From positions 1 through 54,788 of IMG/VR virus record IMGVR_UViG_3300037493_002677: a stretch of 54,788 nt of DNA; one strand, written 5' to 3'. Of the stretch, positions 46,226-54,788 are shown one piece after another. Position 1 is the stretch's first letter. Every line of letters starts with the position of its first letter. The stretch comes from a virus (taxonomy: Duplodnaviria; Caudoviricetes). Under the pieces are notes generated by a model. It saw only the letters and a list, made by a program, of their open reading frames with translations. It searched no databases and was not told the origin of the DNA. The translations under genes were made by a program, and so were the position numbers.

Positions 46226-46687
46226 TTAGTTCATCCTTTTGCTGGACATGAAACCGGACAAGGTGTAGCCCAGCTTCTGGTAAAGGTTCGCCGTATTCTC
46301 AACGCCGATTCCGGTGGATTGGGACAGGTACACGCGTTGATACCCATTTTGCTTAGCGTAGTTTTCCACGGCGGCAATCAGGCGTGTGGCAACACCCTCA
46401 CCACGGTGCTCTGGCGAGGTCCAAACCAAAAGGTCTTTGACGCTCAGCTTCTTTGGGTTGTACCATGCTGGCCCGAAGCCGATCAAGGCGCACCCAATGA
46501 GGGCGTCACCTTCGAGGGCCAAAAACGCCACGATAGACTTTGCCAAGAGCAATTTCTTCACATGCGCGGTATCAATGTCGCTGGCCGCAATGTCAGGGCT
46601 TTCCTGTGTCAATAGCTCCACCAACCCCGGCATGAACGAATCAATCATTGCCCCGCTGGTCGTTGGGTCAAACTTGACGATGTTCAT
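46226..46687 (-). CDS. GNAT acetyltransferase (virion assembly module)
   Basis: VWTSPEHRGEGVATRL...LYQKLGY. Confidence 0.85.
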   Translation of the reverse strand: MNIVKFDPTTSGAMIDSFMPGLVELLTQESPDIAASDIDTAHVKKLLLAKSIVAFLALEGDALIGCALIGFGPAWYNPKKLSVKDLLVWTSPEHRGEGVATRLIAAVENYAKQNGYQRVYLSQSTGIGVENTANLYQKLGYTLSGFMSSKRMN

Positions 46688-48228
46688 GACCGATTGTCCC
46701 CCAGCTCTGTGTGGATGATCACCTTCCCGGCTTCATAGAATCCATCCAAGGTGTTGGATTCGAACTTGAGTAGGATGTGGCGGCGTTGTTCGCGCATGTC
46801 GATCTTTCCAGTGGAGGCTGAGTAATTATAACTCGTTTCTGGCTCGGCAGGGGACTGTGCGAATTCGTAGCCAAGTACAGACACCGTCATATCCCCAGTC
46901 TGAATGAAGTCCGGCTCGACGCGAGTCAAGCGAGTCCAGCGATTCGGCCCCTGTGGGCTGTCCTGTACGCCTCCGGTGAGGTACCCGAAGTTCTGCGTGG
47001 TGTAGTAGCTCTGGATGGCAGACTCTACATCACCGACGGAAGCGTTGTACCCGATCTCGTGTTGGTACAGCCCGTAGGTAGTCGCGGTGTCAAGTTCCGC
47101 ATTCACCCATGTCGGGTAGTGGCGTACCTGCGAGTAGAACCCAGCGGAGCGCGCCAGTTCGATGTCATACCACGTCTTGAGGCGCACGTTGAAGATGACT
47201 GCATGGGAGCATTCCGTATTGTCGCCGCGAGGGTAGAACCACCAGATTTCACCGAAGCGCGGAACCTTCGTTGCCCAGATCTTCTGGCGGTGTTCGTAGT
47301 TGAGGTTGTCGAAGAACCAGTTCTGGTTCAGCTCATTAGGCAACTCATGCACGGCGGTGTCGAAGTACATGAAGCGATCGACACCAATCCAGAAGTACGC
47401 GCCGTCATATTCCACCACGGAGTTCTGGGCGAGAATGGATGACTGGGTGCTAACCGTGGAGAAGCTGAAAATGTCCCCGCCGCCGATGTAGTCCATGCGA
47501 ATGACTGAATCCAATGACCACAGGAGCGCCGCCAGCTTGCCAGAGCGCAGTGGAAGGCCGCACACAATCTTGGCTCCAGTGACTCGGTCAGAGCCGGCAT
47601 CGCCCGGGACGGTAGAGCCACTCCACACTTGGGGCTGGTTGGCGTCCGACCAACCCACGAAGCCGTCCGAGCCGTAAACAACACTGTAGGGCGCAAGGGA
47701 AAAGATTCCGCCCGACACGGCAGGGGCATCGGTGATGGTGACGAACAGTGAGGACGAGGAGGTGGCCAGCGCCCAGAAGGGTTTGCTTGCCGTGTCGTCG
47801 TCAATGTTGTTCAGTGACTGATTGCAATGCGCGAGGATGATGGTTCCGGTAGTGCCGACGGCATCATCGTACTGCGTGTCCGCCGTCCACATGTTGTCGG
47901 TGGCGCTGGTGAATCCAGCCGCCGGGGTGCGGTCCCGGATGTCATTTCCGACCAAGTTGTTGTCCACCAACAGTGTCTCGATCTTGGAAGATGAGAAACT
48001 GATACAGGAGTTCAAGTCCTTGCGTGACCAGAGCAGGAACTTCCGAATGGGGCCAGTGAGCGCATCGGTGATCCGGCGATAGCCTCCCATCTTCTTGGCT
48101 TTGCCGCGCTGGAAGCGAACCCACTGGCCGTCGGTGCAATTCTCCCCCTCCAGCATGGTGCCGTCTCGTTTGATTCCAGCTTGTGGAATCAGCGTGAATA
48201 CCATTTCGTCTGCGTTGTTCTCAGCCAT
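46684..48228 (-). CDS. Tail tube/nozzle (DNA stabilisation) protein
   Basis: GIKRDGT...WVRF..G...KMGG, WSD, EIWWFYP, beta-propeller-like. Confidence 0.75.
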   Translation of the reverse strand: MAENNADEMVFTLIPQAGIKRDGTMLEGENCTDGQWVRFQRGKAKKMGGYRRITDALTGPIRKFLLWSRKDLNSCISFSSSKIETLLVDNNLVGNDIRDRTPAAGFTSATDNMWTADTQYDDAVGTTGTIILAHCNQSLNNIDDDTASKPFWALATSSSSLFVTITDAPAVSGGIFSLAPYSVVYGSDGFVGWSDANQPQVWSGSTVPGDAGSDRVTGAKIVCGLPLRSGKLAALLWSLDSVIRMDYIGGGDIFSFSTVSTQSSILAQNSVVEYDGAYFWIGVDRFMYFDTAVHELPNELNQNWFFDNLNYEHRQKIWATKVPRFGEIWWFYPRGDNTECSHAVIFNVRLKTWYDIELARSAGFYSQVRHYPTWVNAELDTATTYGLYQHEIGYNASVGDVESAIQSYYTTQNFGYLTGGVQDSPQGPNRWTRLTRVEPDFIQTGDMTVSVLGYEFAQSPAEPETSYNYSASTGKIDMREQRRHILLKFESNTLDGFYEAGKVIIHTELGDNRS

Positions 48229-49698
48229 TTAGATCACCTTCTCATGCCAGTTCATACCGGCGCGGATGTTTGATGTGCCTGAAGTCGATGTGCAGACAAC
48301 CGTCACCGGGAGCTGCGTTGCGGCTAGCGCGTCGATCTTGCTCAACACAGTGGGGTTGCGGAAGTCAGCCGTTGCCGCCGCCGACCCGCGCACAGAGCCA
48401 CCGCCACTCAAGACTTCCCCAGTGACTACGACTCCACCCCCCACGATAGCTGTGGCACTGATGTCGTACTCAGCGATGGAGTTTTCTGGAGTGGCGGTTC
48501 CGGTTCCGACGCCAACCCCTGTAGCAACAAACGACACCCCGATGGTGTTGGCAGACGCACCAATCAGGGTGTAGTTCGTCGTGCCAACAGTAAGAATCTT
48601 ATACCTAACCCCGACGATGAACGCACCCGCCGCCACAGACCCCCCTACAGCTAGCCATGCCGCTCCGGTAAGGGTTCCGCCAATCACGATTTCGTAAATA
48701 CTACTGTTGCTCGAAGCCGTCAGCCAGTAATCCTCGATGTCGATGTGACCTCGGTTCGTGATGCCACTGAACGTGGCGGATGGGCGGATGCTGAACACGG
48801 GGCGACGTGTGGTGACGGCAATGGCCGTGATGCCGGGGTTTTGAGACTGCGGGAAGCCACGGGCTTGGTCTGCTCCTTCGGACTGCACTGAGCAGCAGAT
48901 GTACTGGATGGTGCCGCCAGCCGCAGCGCGGACTGTCTCAAGGTAAAACCCATTGGCGTGATCGAAATACCCGCATCGCGCTTTGCTCTCTGCTGCCCCG
49001 GTATTGCGAATCTCGTAGCGCATGGGCAGATTGAACGTCTGCGTGTAGGGCAGCGTCAGCACGTTGGCGTGAAGGAATTGGTGTGCCGGCCATAGACGAC
49101 CGTTGATGTCGAAGCCCATGATCACGCGGCCAACACCGAGCCACTGCGCGGCGGTGAACAGAATCTGCGTCTTGGTCAGGTCGAGGGTGATGCCACTCGG
49201 CCCAGTGCCGTCGAATTGGTCGATATTCCATCCATTGACGCCGAGACGGGTTACTTCTTCCTCTACGGGCGATCCACTAGTGCTAGTGCGGCGCACAAGA
49301 TTGGCCGTCCAACCGCTGCCACTAGCGAACACGCCGGTCATCAACACCAAATGCGAGAAGCCGGGAATGTAGCGGGTGTACTGCCGCGATTGCAAGATGC
49401 TGTAATGGGCGTTCGTCGAGCTGACCGTGATGGGGGTCATGCGGCTGTTGGTCGCCGTTGGCCCTACAGCATTACTCCCGCTTACCACAGACCCATTCGG
49501 CGCAAGGATCGTCGGCAAAGCGCCGTTCGCTGTGGCGTCCCATGTTCTCAGAGTGTCAAGGCCGTACTCCTGCTGCGAATCGAAGATGCGGTTGGCTTGG
49601 GACGTGCGCAGACGCTGGAAGGCGTCAAGCGCCGCCGAGTCCCCGAAGCCCATCGAGACATTGCCGAATCCATCTTGCGGTAGAGGGATGAAGCTCAT
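48229..49698 (-). CDS. Virion beta-sandwich/lectin-like protein
   Basis: DAF.RLR.S, Y.PG, W..D..DG.GPSG..LD, QWLGVGRV..GF, LP.RYE. Confidence 0.55.
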   Translation of the reverse strand: MSFIPLPQDGFGNVSMGFGDSAALDAFQRLRTSQANRIFDSQQEYGLDTLRTWDATANGALPTILAPNGSVVSGSNAVGPTATNSRMTPITVSSTNAHYSILQSRQYTRYIPGFSHLVLMTGVFASGSGWTANLVRRTSTSGSPVEEEVTRLGVNGWNIDQFDGTGPSGITLDLTKTQILFTAAQWLGVGRVIMGFDINGRLWPAHQFLHANVLTLPYTQTFNLPMRYEIRNTGAAESKARCGYFDHANGFYLETVRAAAGGTIQYICCSVQSEGADQARGFPQSQNPGITAIAVTTRRPVFSIRPSATFSGITNRGHIDIEDYWLTASSNSSIYEIVIGGTLTGAAWLAVGGSVAAGAFIVGVRYKILTVGTTNYTLIGASANTIGVSFVATGVGVGTGTATPENSIAEYDISATAIVGGGVVVTGEVLSGGGSVRGSAAATADFRNPTVLSKIDALAATQLPVTVVCTSTSGTSNIRAGMNWHEKVI

Positions 49699-50066
49699 AT
49701 GATCAACCACCCGCCGGAGGTAGCCTTGAAGTGTAGCGCCATGCCGAGAACATTCATAAGCACTGTGGAAGCCCCATAGACAAGATCAGGAGACGTTGTT
49801 GCTACCGTCACGTTCGTTGCTCCAATCATCACCACCTCAAACTCCCGCCCACCTTTCGCCAGCGGCAAGGTCACCGTTCCTCCCGATGCGCAAAGCAGAA
49901 TGTCATCCTTTTCGGTGATCGTGTAGGTTCCCGAGACATCGCGCTGGCGGAGTATTGCTTGCCCTTGCGTGACATCGTCATGGCGAACTACACGGTCAGA
50001 CGAATGCCAGTGCAGCGGGCAATCACCGCCGTTGGTTAGTTGGGATTCGTGGGAGGGGTTGATCAC
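49695..50066 (-). CDS. Small tail-fibre-like protein
   Basis: YTIT..DD......TVTLP motif. Confidence 0.55.
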   Translation of the reverse strand: MINPSHESQLTNGGDCPLHWHSSDRVVRHDDVTQGQAILRQRDVSGTYTITEKDDILLCASGGTVTLPLAKGGREFEVVMIGATNVTVATTSPDLVYGASTVLMNVLGMALHFKATSGGWLII

Positions 50067-50356
50067 ACCAACTGGCCCCGCAGGGTGGCAGCTTCGGCGT
50101 CAAGGGTCGCTATTCGTACGGCGTCACCTTCCCGCAGTGCTCGAATAGATTTGGTATCAAGGATGGCAAGTCTCGCTTTGATCCCTTGAACTCTTTCTGC
50201 CTCAGATACAGGAGGAGCAATGAATGCCCCGTCAGAGTAAGACCAACCGATTGCCACATCAGCAGGGCATTGAATTCCACCGTGACTATCTGAATCAGTA
50301 AGTGCCTCAGATATGTTGGCTACGACGCCATTCTCAATATGTGCGTACCTGTTCAT
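50063..50356 (-). CDS. Tail-fibre-associated/chaperone protein
   Basis: YA.IENG.V.N...IGW.Y.DG.F..P, LD.KSIRALRE. Confidence 0.6.
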   Translation of the reverse strand: MNRYAHIENGVVANISEALTDSDSHGGIQCPADVAIGWSYSDGAFIAPPVSEAERVQGIKARLAILDTKSIRALREGDAVRIATLDAEAATLRGQLV

Positions 50357-52425
50357 TATGCAAACTCCCATATCATTACAAGACCAGAACCACCTGCGCC
50401 GCCAGCGGCAGAGGTTCCTACCGTGCCAGCGCCGCCCCCACCTGCTCCAGAATTAGCGGCAGCTGCTCCTCCAGCATTAGTGCCAAGGGCGTATCCGCTA
50501 ATTCCACCGACGCCAATACAAGAGGCTCCGGGAGCACCGTAGTAAGTGGTTCCGGGAGTGTTAATTGCTCCATCCCCTCCTAATCCTCCAGCCGCTGTGA
50601 GTAGCGCTCCCACTGAGGTAGCTCCTCCAGAACTTCCATTACCACCAGCGGTACTTCCCCCTGCGCCTCCTCCTCCTATAGTTATTGCGTAAGACGCCGC
50701 AGGAGAGGCTGAATACGCTTGTGCCACCGCCCCGGCAGCACCACCGCCCGCGCCGACGGTGGAGAGAGCGCTAGCTACACCACCACCACCACCACCCCCA
50801 CCAACTGCCATAGCAATAATCTTCGTAGTGGAAGCATTAATGTTCCAAGTGCCATTGGAAGTGAATGTGGTGACGGTGATGAGACCGGTGACTCCGGCAG
50901 CAGCAGTAAACCACTCCGGCGCAGTGGCTCCAGCATTCATACGGAGTTGTTGGAGCGTCGTACCTTTCGCAAGTTGTGTTACCGTTCCTGCTCCGGATGC
51001 GGTCAGGATGTCCCCTTGAGCCAGCGTCAAGTTCTTCAAGGTCTGGAGGTTAAGACCGTACGCTTGAATCGTCACGCCGATGAGCGCAGCTACCGAAGCT
51101 GCCGTTGCATACAGCGTGTCGAAGTACGTCTTGAGGGTCGCCTTGACGTTTGCCCACGTTACCTTCGTGGCGGTAGTCGTAGCTGCCGAATCGTACAGCG
51201 GGAGTGAATCCGCATCGACGGGGGTTGTCTTACCCGTAGCTGCGTTCGTGATGATGCTCAGGTTCGACCAAGTCGGGGCTCCGGTGCCGCCAGAAATGGC
51301 GACTTGCCCAGCTGTGCCCGCCGCGCTGAATCCTGTAGAACTTCCGCCGGCTTGATACACCAGTTGTCCAGCAGCGCCCCCGGAAAGGTTCGCCGTAGGT
51401 AGGGAAGATGTCTGGGCGTTGACCACATTGACGCCGTCGCAGTATAGGATGACGTTGTCGGTGTTGGTCATCGCGATGCCAGTGCCAGCGACGGTCTTGA
51501 ACTCCACTGTGAAAGCACCAGTGAAATTATTCTGGACGTAGTAAATACCAACCACAGCCGGGATCGTGACAATCACGTTTCCAGTAATTGTGCCAATGAA
51601 GTTCATCAACTTGTTGCCAGCTTGCGTGCTAGTCAGCGTGAAGGTTGCCGCGCCCCCGGACACATCCAACACAAGCTTGGTGAATTGGAACGCCGTACTA
51701 CGCCCGTATCCGATGGATGCCCAGTTGGTCGTTCCAGCGCTGACCACCGTGCAGGATTCTCCGGGAGCCAGCGCTTTGGTCGCTGCGCCGTCCAGAGTCT
51801 CGCCACCTTGCATGGTCAGGGTGACCGTGCCGGTGCCTTGGTTGCTTACGTTGGCGAACCAGCCGTTCCCCACAGTAGCGGAAGCCGGGAATGTACAAGC
51901 CACCGTGCCGGAGTTGGTGAATGCGAATGTTCCAGCGCGATCGGTAATAGCCAGCGTCTTGGCAACGGCGCTGATTGTGGTAGAGGAGGCTTGTGACAAT
52001 TCGCTCCCCGTCGCCGTCATTCCGTAACCCGCCAGAGCCGCAGCATCCGCCGCGCTCGTACCCGTGCCGAAAGTGAAGACCGTCCATACGCCATTCGCCG
52101 AGGAATTGTCTGTGATGTACAGATACTTGGCGACGCCCGCAGCGACGGTTCCGATAGTGCCGCCACCTTGGTCTTTCAGCGTGACCGTGAATGCGCCAAG
52201 ATTCCGCACCAGAACATCGCGCCCTGTGCTGACCGCGTTAGCAGCTGGGAAGGTCATCGACCACGCGGCCGTAGGAGTTACCTCCATGATGTCCGCCATC
52301 AAGCTCGAACCACTTGCCAGCTCCGGCCAGTAGAACGTCGTGTCGGCAGAAAGGGCCACTGCGGAATACCCATTCCGACTTGGGGGGATGGTTTCACTGC
52401 CAAAAACTGACGTGTACGTGGTCAT
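50356..52425 (-). CDS. Tail fibre protein with a Gly-rich C-terminus
   Basis: 689 aa, Thr/Gly/Ala-rich; FTSNGTW...VGGGGGGG...GGSGLV.IWE. Confidence 0.8.
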   Translation of the reverse strand: MTTYTSVFGSETIPPSRNGYSAVALSADTTFYWPELASGSSLMADIMEVTPTAAWSMTFPAANAVSTGRDVLVRNLGAFTVTLKDQGGGTIGTVAAGVAKYLYITDNSSANGVWTVFTFGTGTSAADAAALAGYGMTATGSELSQASSTTISAVAKTLAITDRAGTFAFTNSGTVACTFPASATVGNGWFANVSNQGTGTVTLTMQGGETLDGAATKALAPGESCTVVSAGTTNWASIGYGRSTAFQFTKLVLDVSGGAATFTLTSTQAGNKLMNFIGTITGNVIVTIPAVVGIYYVQNNFTGAFTVEFKTVAGTGIAMTNTDNVILYCDGVNVVNAQTSSLPTANLSGGAAGQLVYQAGGSSTGFSAAGTAGQVAISGGTGAPTWSNLSIITNAATGKTTPVDADSLPLYDSAATTTATKVTWANVKATLKTYFDTLYATAASVAALIGVTIQAYGLNLQTLKNLTLAQGDILTASGAGTVTQLAKGTTLQQLRMNAGATAPEWFTAAAGVTGLITVTTFTSNGTWNINASTTKIIAMAVGGGGGGGGVASALSTVGAGGGAAGAVAQAYSASPAASYAITIGGGGAGGSTAGGNGSSGGATSVGALLTAAGGLGGDGAINTPGTTYYGAPGASCIGVGGISGYALGTNAGGAAAANSGAGGGGAGTVGTSAAGGAGGSGLVMIWEFA

Positions 52426-52428
52426 GGA

Positions 52429-53058
52429 TTATTCTCCGTTGCGCGAAGTGCCGGCGCGGTCTGCTGTGATTCGGCGGCTGGATTCTTGCGATACACCCTG
52501 CAAGGCTCGGTCATACAGGGCTTGGAACTCGGCCACCCGCTCAGGACGCTTGAGGAAGGGCTGCGCTTCGAGGAGGGAGCCGTAAAGCAGTATTTGTGGC
52601 ACGTATTGCGTCAGCCAATTCGTCTGGTTGGTGTCGCTCAAGGGCTCTGGGCGCTCGTAGTAGGCTAACTCGAAATCGTACACCGCTGGCGGGGTCGGAA
52701 CCACAAGGAAATGCTCGTACTCGTAATCAGCGTAGTAGCGCGGCACTCCAGTGATCGTCGGGTCTGGGCAGAAGGCGCGGCAGTAATCGTACGTGCGTTC
52801 TTGGAGGAACACGCGCTGGCTCGCCACGGTCACGTTGAAGCTGATCGTCTCGCGCCAGCGCTCCGGCTTGACCACGGTGTTGGAGTTCAGGCTCCCGGTG
52901 ACGTACTTCTGCAAACCAAGGCCACGCACTTCCGAGGCGATGCGGTTCTCGCACATCATCACGAAGCGCGGGATTTGGGTGACGAATGGATCATCATCCC
53001 GCTCGGCGTAGGTCTGTACGTCGGTGAGCAGTGATGCGTAGGTTAGCGATTCAGCCAT
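52429..53058 (-). CDS. Head-tail adaptor/tail tubular protein A-like
   Basis: TY.SL..DV..Y.ER, G.P.YY, PTP, TNWLT...P..LLYG.L.EA.PFLK. Confidence 0.75.
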   Translation of the reverse strand: MAESLTYASLLTDVQTYAERDDDPFVTQIPRFVMMCENRIASEVRGLGLQKYVTGSLNSNTVVKPERWRETISFNVTVASQRVFLQERTYDYCRAFCPDPTITGVPRYYADYEYEHFLVVPTPPAVYDFELAYYERPEPLSDTNQTNWLTQYVPQILLYGSLLEAQPFLKRPERVAEFQALYDRALQGVSQESSRRITADRAGTSRNGE

Positions 53059-53294
53059 TACCACGGCCCTCCTTCAATAGTTTCGTCGGTGCGTGGGTGT
53101 TGCACGGAAATGTCCTCGGCGCGGCGAGCAGGTAGTCGCCATGGATCGTAAAGATCGACACACTCGCCGCAGTAGTAATTCTGGTTGTTCGGGTCCTTCT
53201 TCAAAGCCCCGGCGTATATCTTCTTCTGACAGCGATAGCAAATCGCCACAGCCATCGAGCCGCCGACATTCTTGGGCATCAGGTAAAGGCTCAC
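53058..53294 (-). CDS. Small Cys-rich (CxxC...CxxC) structural-module protein
   Basis: AIC.RC...C.EC.D..DP. Confidence 0.65.
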   Translation of the reverse strand: MSLYLMPKNVGGSMAVAICYRCQKKIYAGALKKDPNNQNYYCGECVDLYDPWRLPARRAEDISVQHPRTDETIEGGPW

Positions 53295-54268
53295 CTAGAA
53301 TACACTCCAATGTTGGGTTGAATGTACATCGGCGCGCCATCGGTTTCGGATTGCTCCATTTCGAATTCTTGCTTATCAGCCATCTGCTGAAGCAGCGTAA
53401 CCAGCGCCATGTCGACGGTCGGTAGCTCAAACGCCAGCTTTGCGGCCAAGAGCCAAATGATACCGTCCAGCCAGCGCTGTGGGCACTCAAGAGTTTGAAT
53501 CAGCGTTCCCACATCCTGAACCTGCCGATGACGATAGATCATCAGGTGGTTGTCGGTGGAGTCCGGAACAGGCCACAAGGTAATTTCCGGGATCAACTTC
53601 TTCTCATAGAAGTAACTGGTGGAAGGATGCCCCTGCTTCGTCTTCTGGTTGATCACCGCGTAGGTGTCGCGATTCCATGCCGTCACAGGTAGTTCGCCCG
53701 TCACGGTGGCGACCTTGATGGCTGCGATCGGAGCGACCGCTGTTCCCTCGACAGCGATGTTGGTCGCAGTGACTGCGGCCGGGAGGTCTGCCCAGTAATA
53801 CTGGCCAGCTTCATAGGTCGCGGAAGGGAGAACTGTCGAGACTGTGTAGGTGACGGAGTCCGTGGAATAGCTGAGAACCATCACGCCAGTGTAGCTCGTG
53901 CTAACCGTGAAGCCGATGCGCGTGATGTCAGAAGAGGCGAAGGTCGCCGTGCCGCCGTTGCCACCGACCGCGAAGGTGTTGGTGACCAACGTCGGTGTGC
54001 AATACACGACGTTCAGGACGTCAAGGGTGCCCGATGGCGTGGCGTAAGTCGCCTGACCGACGTTCAGCCCGATGAAGGCTTTCTCCACAGCCCACAGATT
54101 CAATCCGCGATTGGATAGGTTCAAGAGGATCAGGTAGAGGTTCTCTTTGGCGATCAAGACCGTTTCCGGCGTCTGGGCCGAGGGCAGCACCCGGCAGCGA
54201 CGGAACGCATGTTCTACGACCGCCGCTGTGTCTATTGAGGTTGTCGCGATGGTGCCAGAAGTGCTCAT
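53291..54268 (-). CDS. Head-tail connector protein
   Basis: TSGT...E.AFRR...NRGLNLW, K..QG.P..Y, LWPVPD, P.RW. Confidence 0.7.
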   Translation of the reverse strand: MSTSGTIATTSIDTAAVVEHAFRRCRVLPSAQTPETVLIAKENLYLILLNLSNRGLNLWAVEKAFIGLNVGQATYATPSGTLDVLNVVYCTPTLVTNTFAVGGNGGTATFASSDITRIGFTVSTSYTGVMVLSYSTDSVTYTVSTVLPSATYEAGQYYWADLPAAVTATNIAVEGTAVAPIAAIKVATVTGELPVTAWNRDTYAVINQKTKQGHPSTSYFYEKKLIPEITLWPVPDSTDNHLMIYRHRQVQDVGTLIQTLECPQRWLDGIIWLLAAKLAFELPTVDMALVTLLQQMADKQEFEMEQSETDGAPMYIQPNIGVYSR

Positions 54269-54618
54269 GCAACTTTCTCCCAGTTCTGTGTTCCTGCAAC
54301 CTGCAAGAGATGCCATTTGTAAGGCAACAAATCATATTCCATCGGTAGTTGGTGACGATTATCCAGCACCCACGTCTGGGAGTCCCAATCGACTAGCAGG
54401 ACAGCGTGATAGCCGCCTGTCTCGACGTAGCATGTTGCAAGTCTGAGGAAGTTGGTAGGCCATCCCATATCAACCAATCGCTCGAACTTGGCTGTGGCAT
54501 AGCTGTCGCAATCCCCCTCAGTGACGATAGGCTTCCAATCATCCTCAACCTCACTGCAATACGGCAGCATGTTGATCTTGGAATTGACCAGCTTCAGATC
54601 GTTGAATGAGATGCTCAT
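54265..54618 (-). CDS. Transglutaminase-like cysteine protease (BTLCP/C93, LapG-like) catalytic domain
   Basis: VN..IN, D.W, GDCDSYA.AK, HAVL.V, WVLDN (Cys-His-Asp triad). Confidence 0.82.
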   Translation of the reverse strand: MSISFNDLKLVNSKINMLPYCSEVEDDWKPIVTEGDCDSYATAKFERLVDMGWPTNFLRLATCYVETGGYHAVLLVDWDSQTWVLDNRHQLPMEYDLLPYKWHLLQVAGTQNWEKVA

Positions 54619-54767
54619 TTCGGACAACTCGCTAGTTCAGGATGCTCAATGCACAGCTTGCTGTAACCAGCAGGAGGCGTTGCCAGTTCTCCACTACCAC
54701 GGAGAATGCTCGGCTCAGTACAGCCCACCAGCACTAGGCTACAGAGGATCAGCAGCAGGCGCATCAT
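54615..54767 (-). CDS. Small lipoprotein (not in the ORF track)
   Basis: MMRLLLILCSLVLVG|CTEPSILRGSGELATPPAGYSKLCIEHPELASCPK; lipobox LVGC; AGGAG RBS; ATGA overlap with the protease. Confidence 0.7.
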   Translation of the reverse strand: MMRLLLILCSLVLVGCTEPSILRGSGELATPPAGYSKLCIEHPELASCPK

Positions 54768-54788
54768 CTGTCAATTGCTCCTAGCTCA

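Noticed and set aside
50356-50830. Diversity-generating retroelement target in the tail fibre
   Set aside because: No reverse transcriptase and no template/variable repeat pair was seen; the low complexity is simply Gly-rich coding.

Overview
The window is a near-complete genome of a lytic, short-tailed (podovirus-type) dsDNA phage. No integrase and no tRNA were seen. There are two divergent arms. The minus-strand late arm runs from 17.1 kb to 1 (terminase small and large subunits, two polyvalent-type proteins, portal, lysis genes, GroES, scaffold, capsid). It apparently continues at 54.8 kb and runs to 40.4 kb (lipoprotein plus C93-like protease, adaptors, tail fibre, tail tube/nozzle, GNAT, ejection proteins). 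The plus-strand early/replication arm (17.5-40.6 kb) carries a primase-helicase, a MazG-like pyrophosphatase, DUF2786, DUF932, two DenV-like proteins, an SSB-like protein, a Ro60/TROVE protein, PolA, a PD-(D/E)XK exonuclease, VRR-NUC, an SNF2 helicase, a thymidylate-synthase homolog and a dCMP deaminase. The most striking signals are: (1) a phage Ro60 gene directly preceded by two tandem 78-nt-period Y-RNA-like hairpins, with its own RBS in a hairpin; (2) two long-stem candidate RNAs 10 kb apart that share a conserved 10-nt loop; (3) a thymidylate synthase with the Asn->Asp dCMP-specificity switch next to a dCMP deaminase; (4) a BTLCP/LapG-like protease apparently split into a lipoprotein and a catalytic ORF; (5) recurring [FYM]-x-x-G-G motifs punctuating late proteins; (6) a covarying hairpin+TGACAA leader in front of four early genes. 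All protein calls come from motif recognition by eye. No database searches or folding programs were run.
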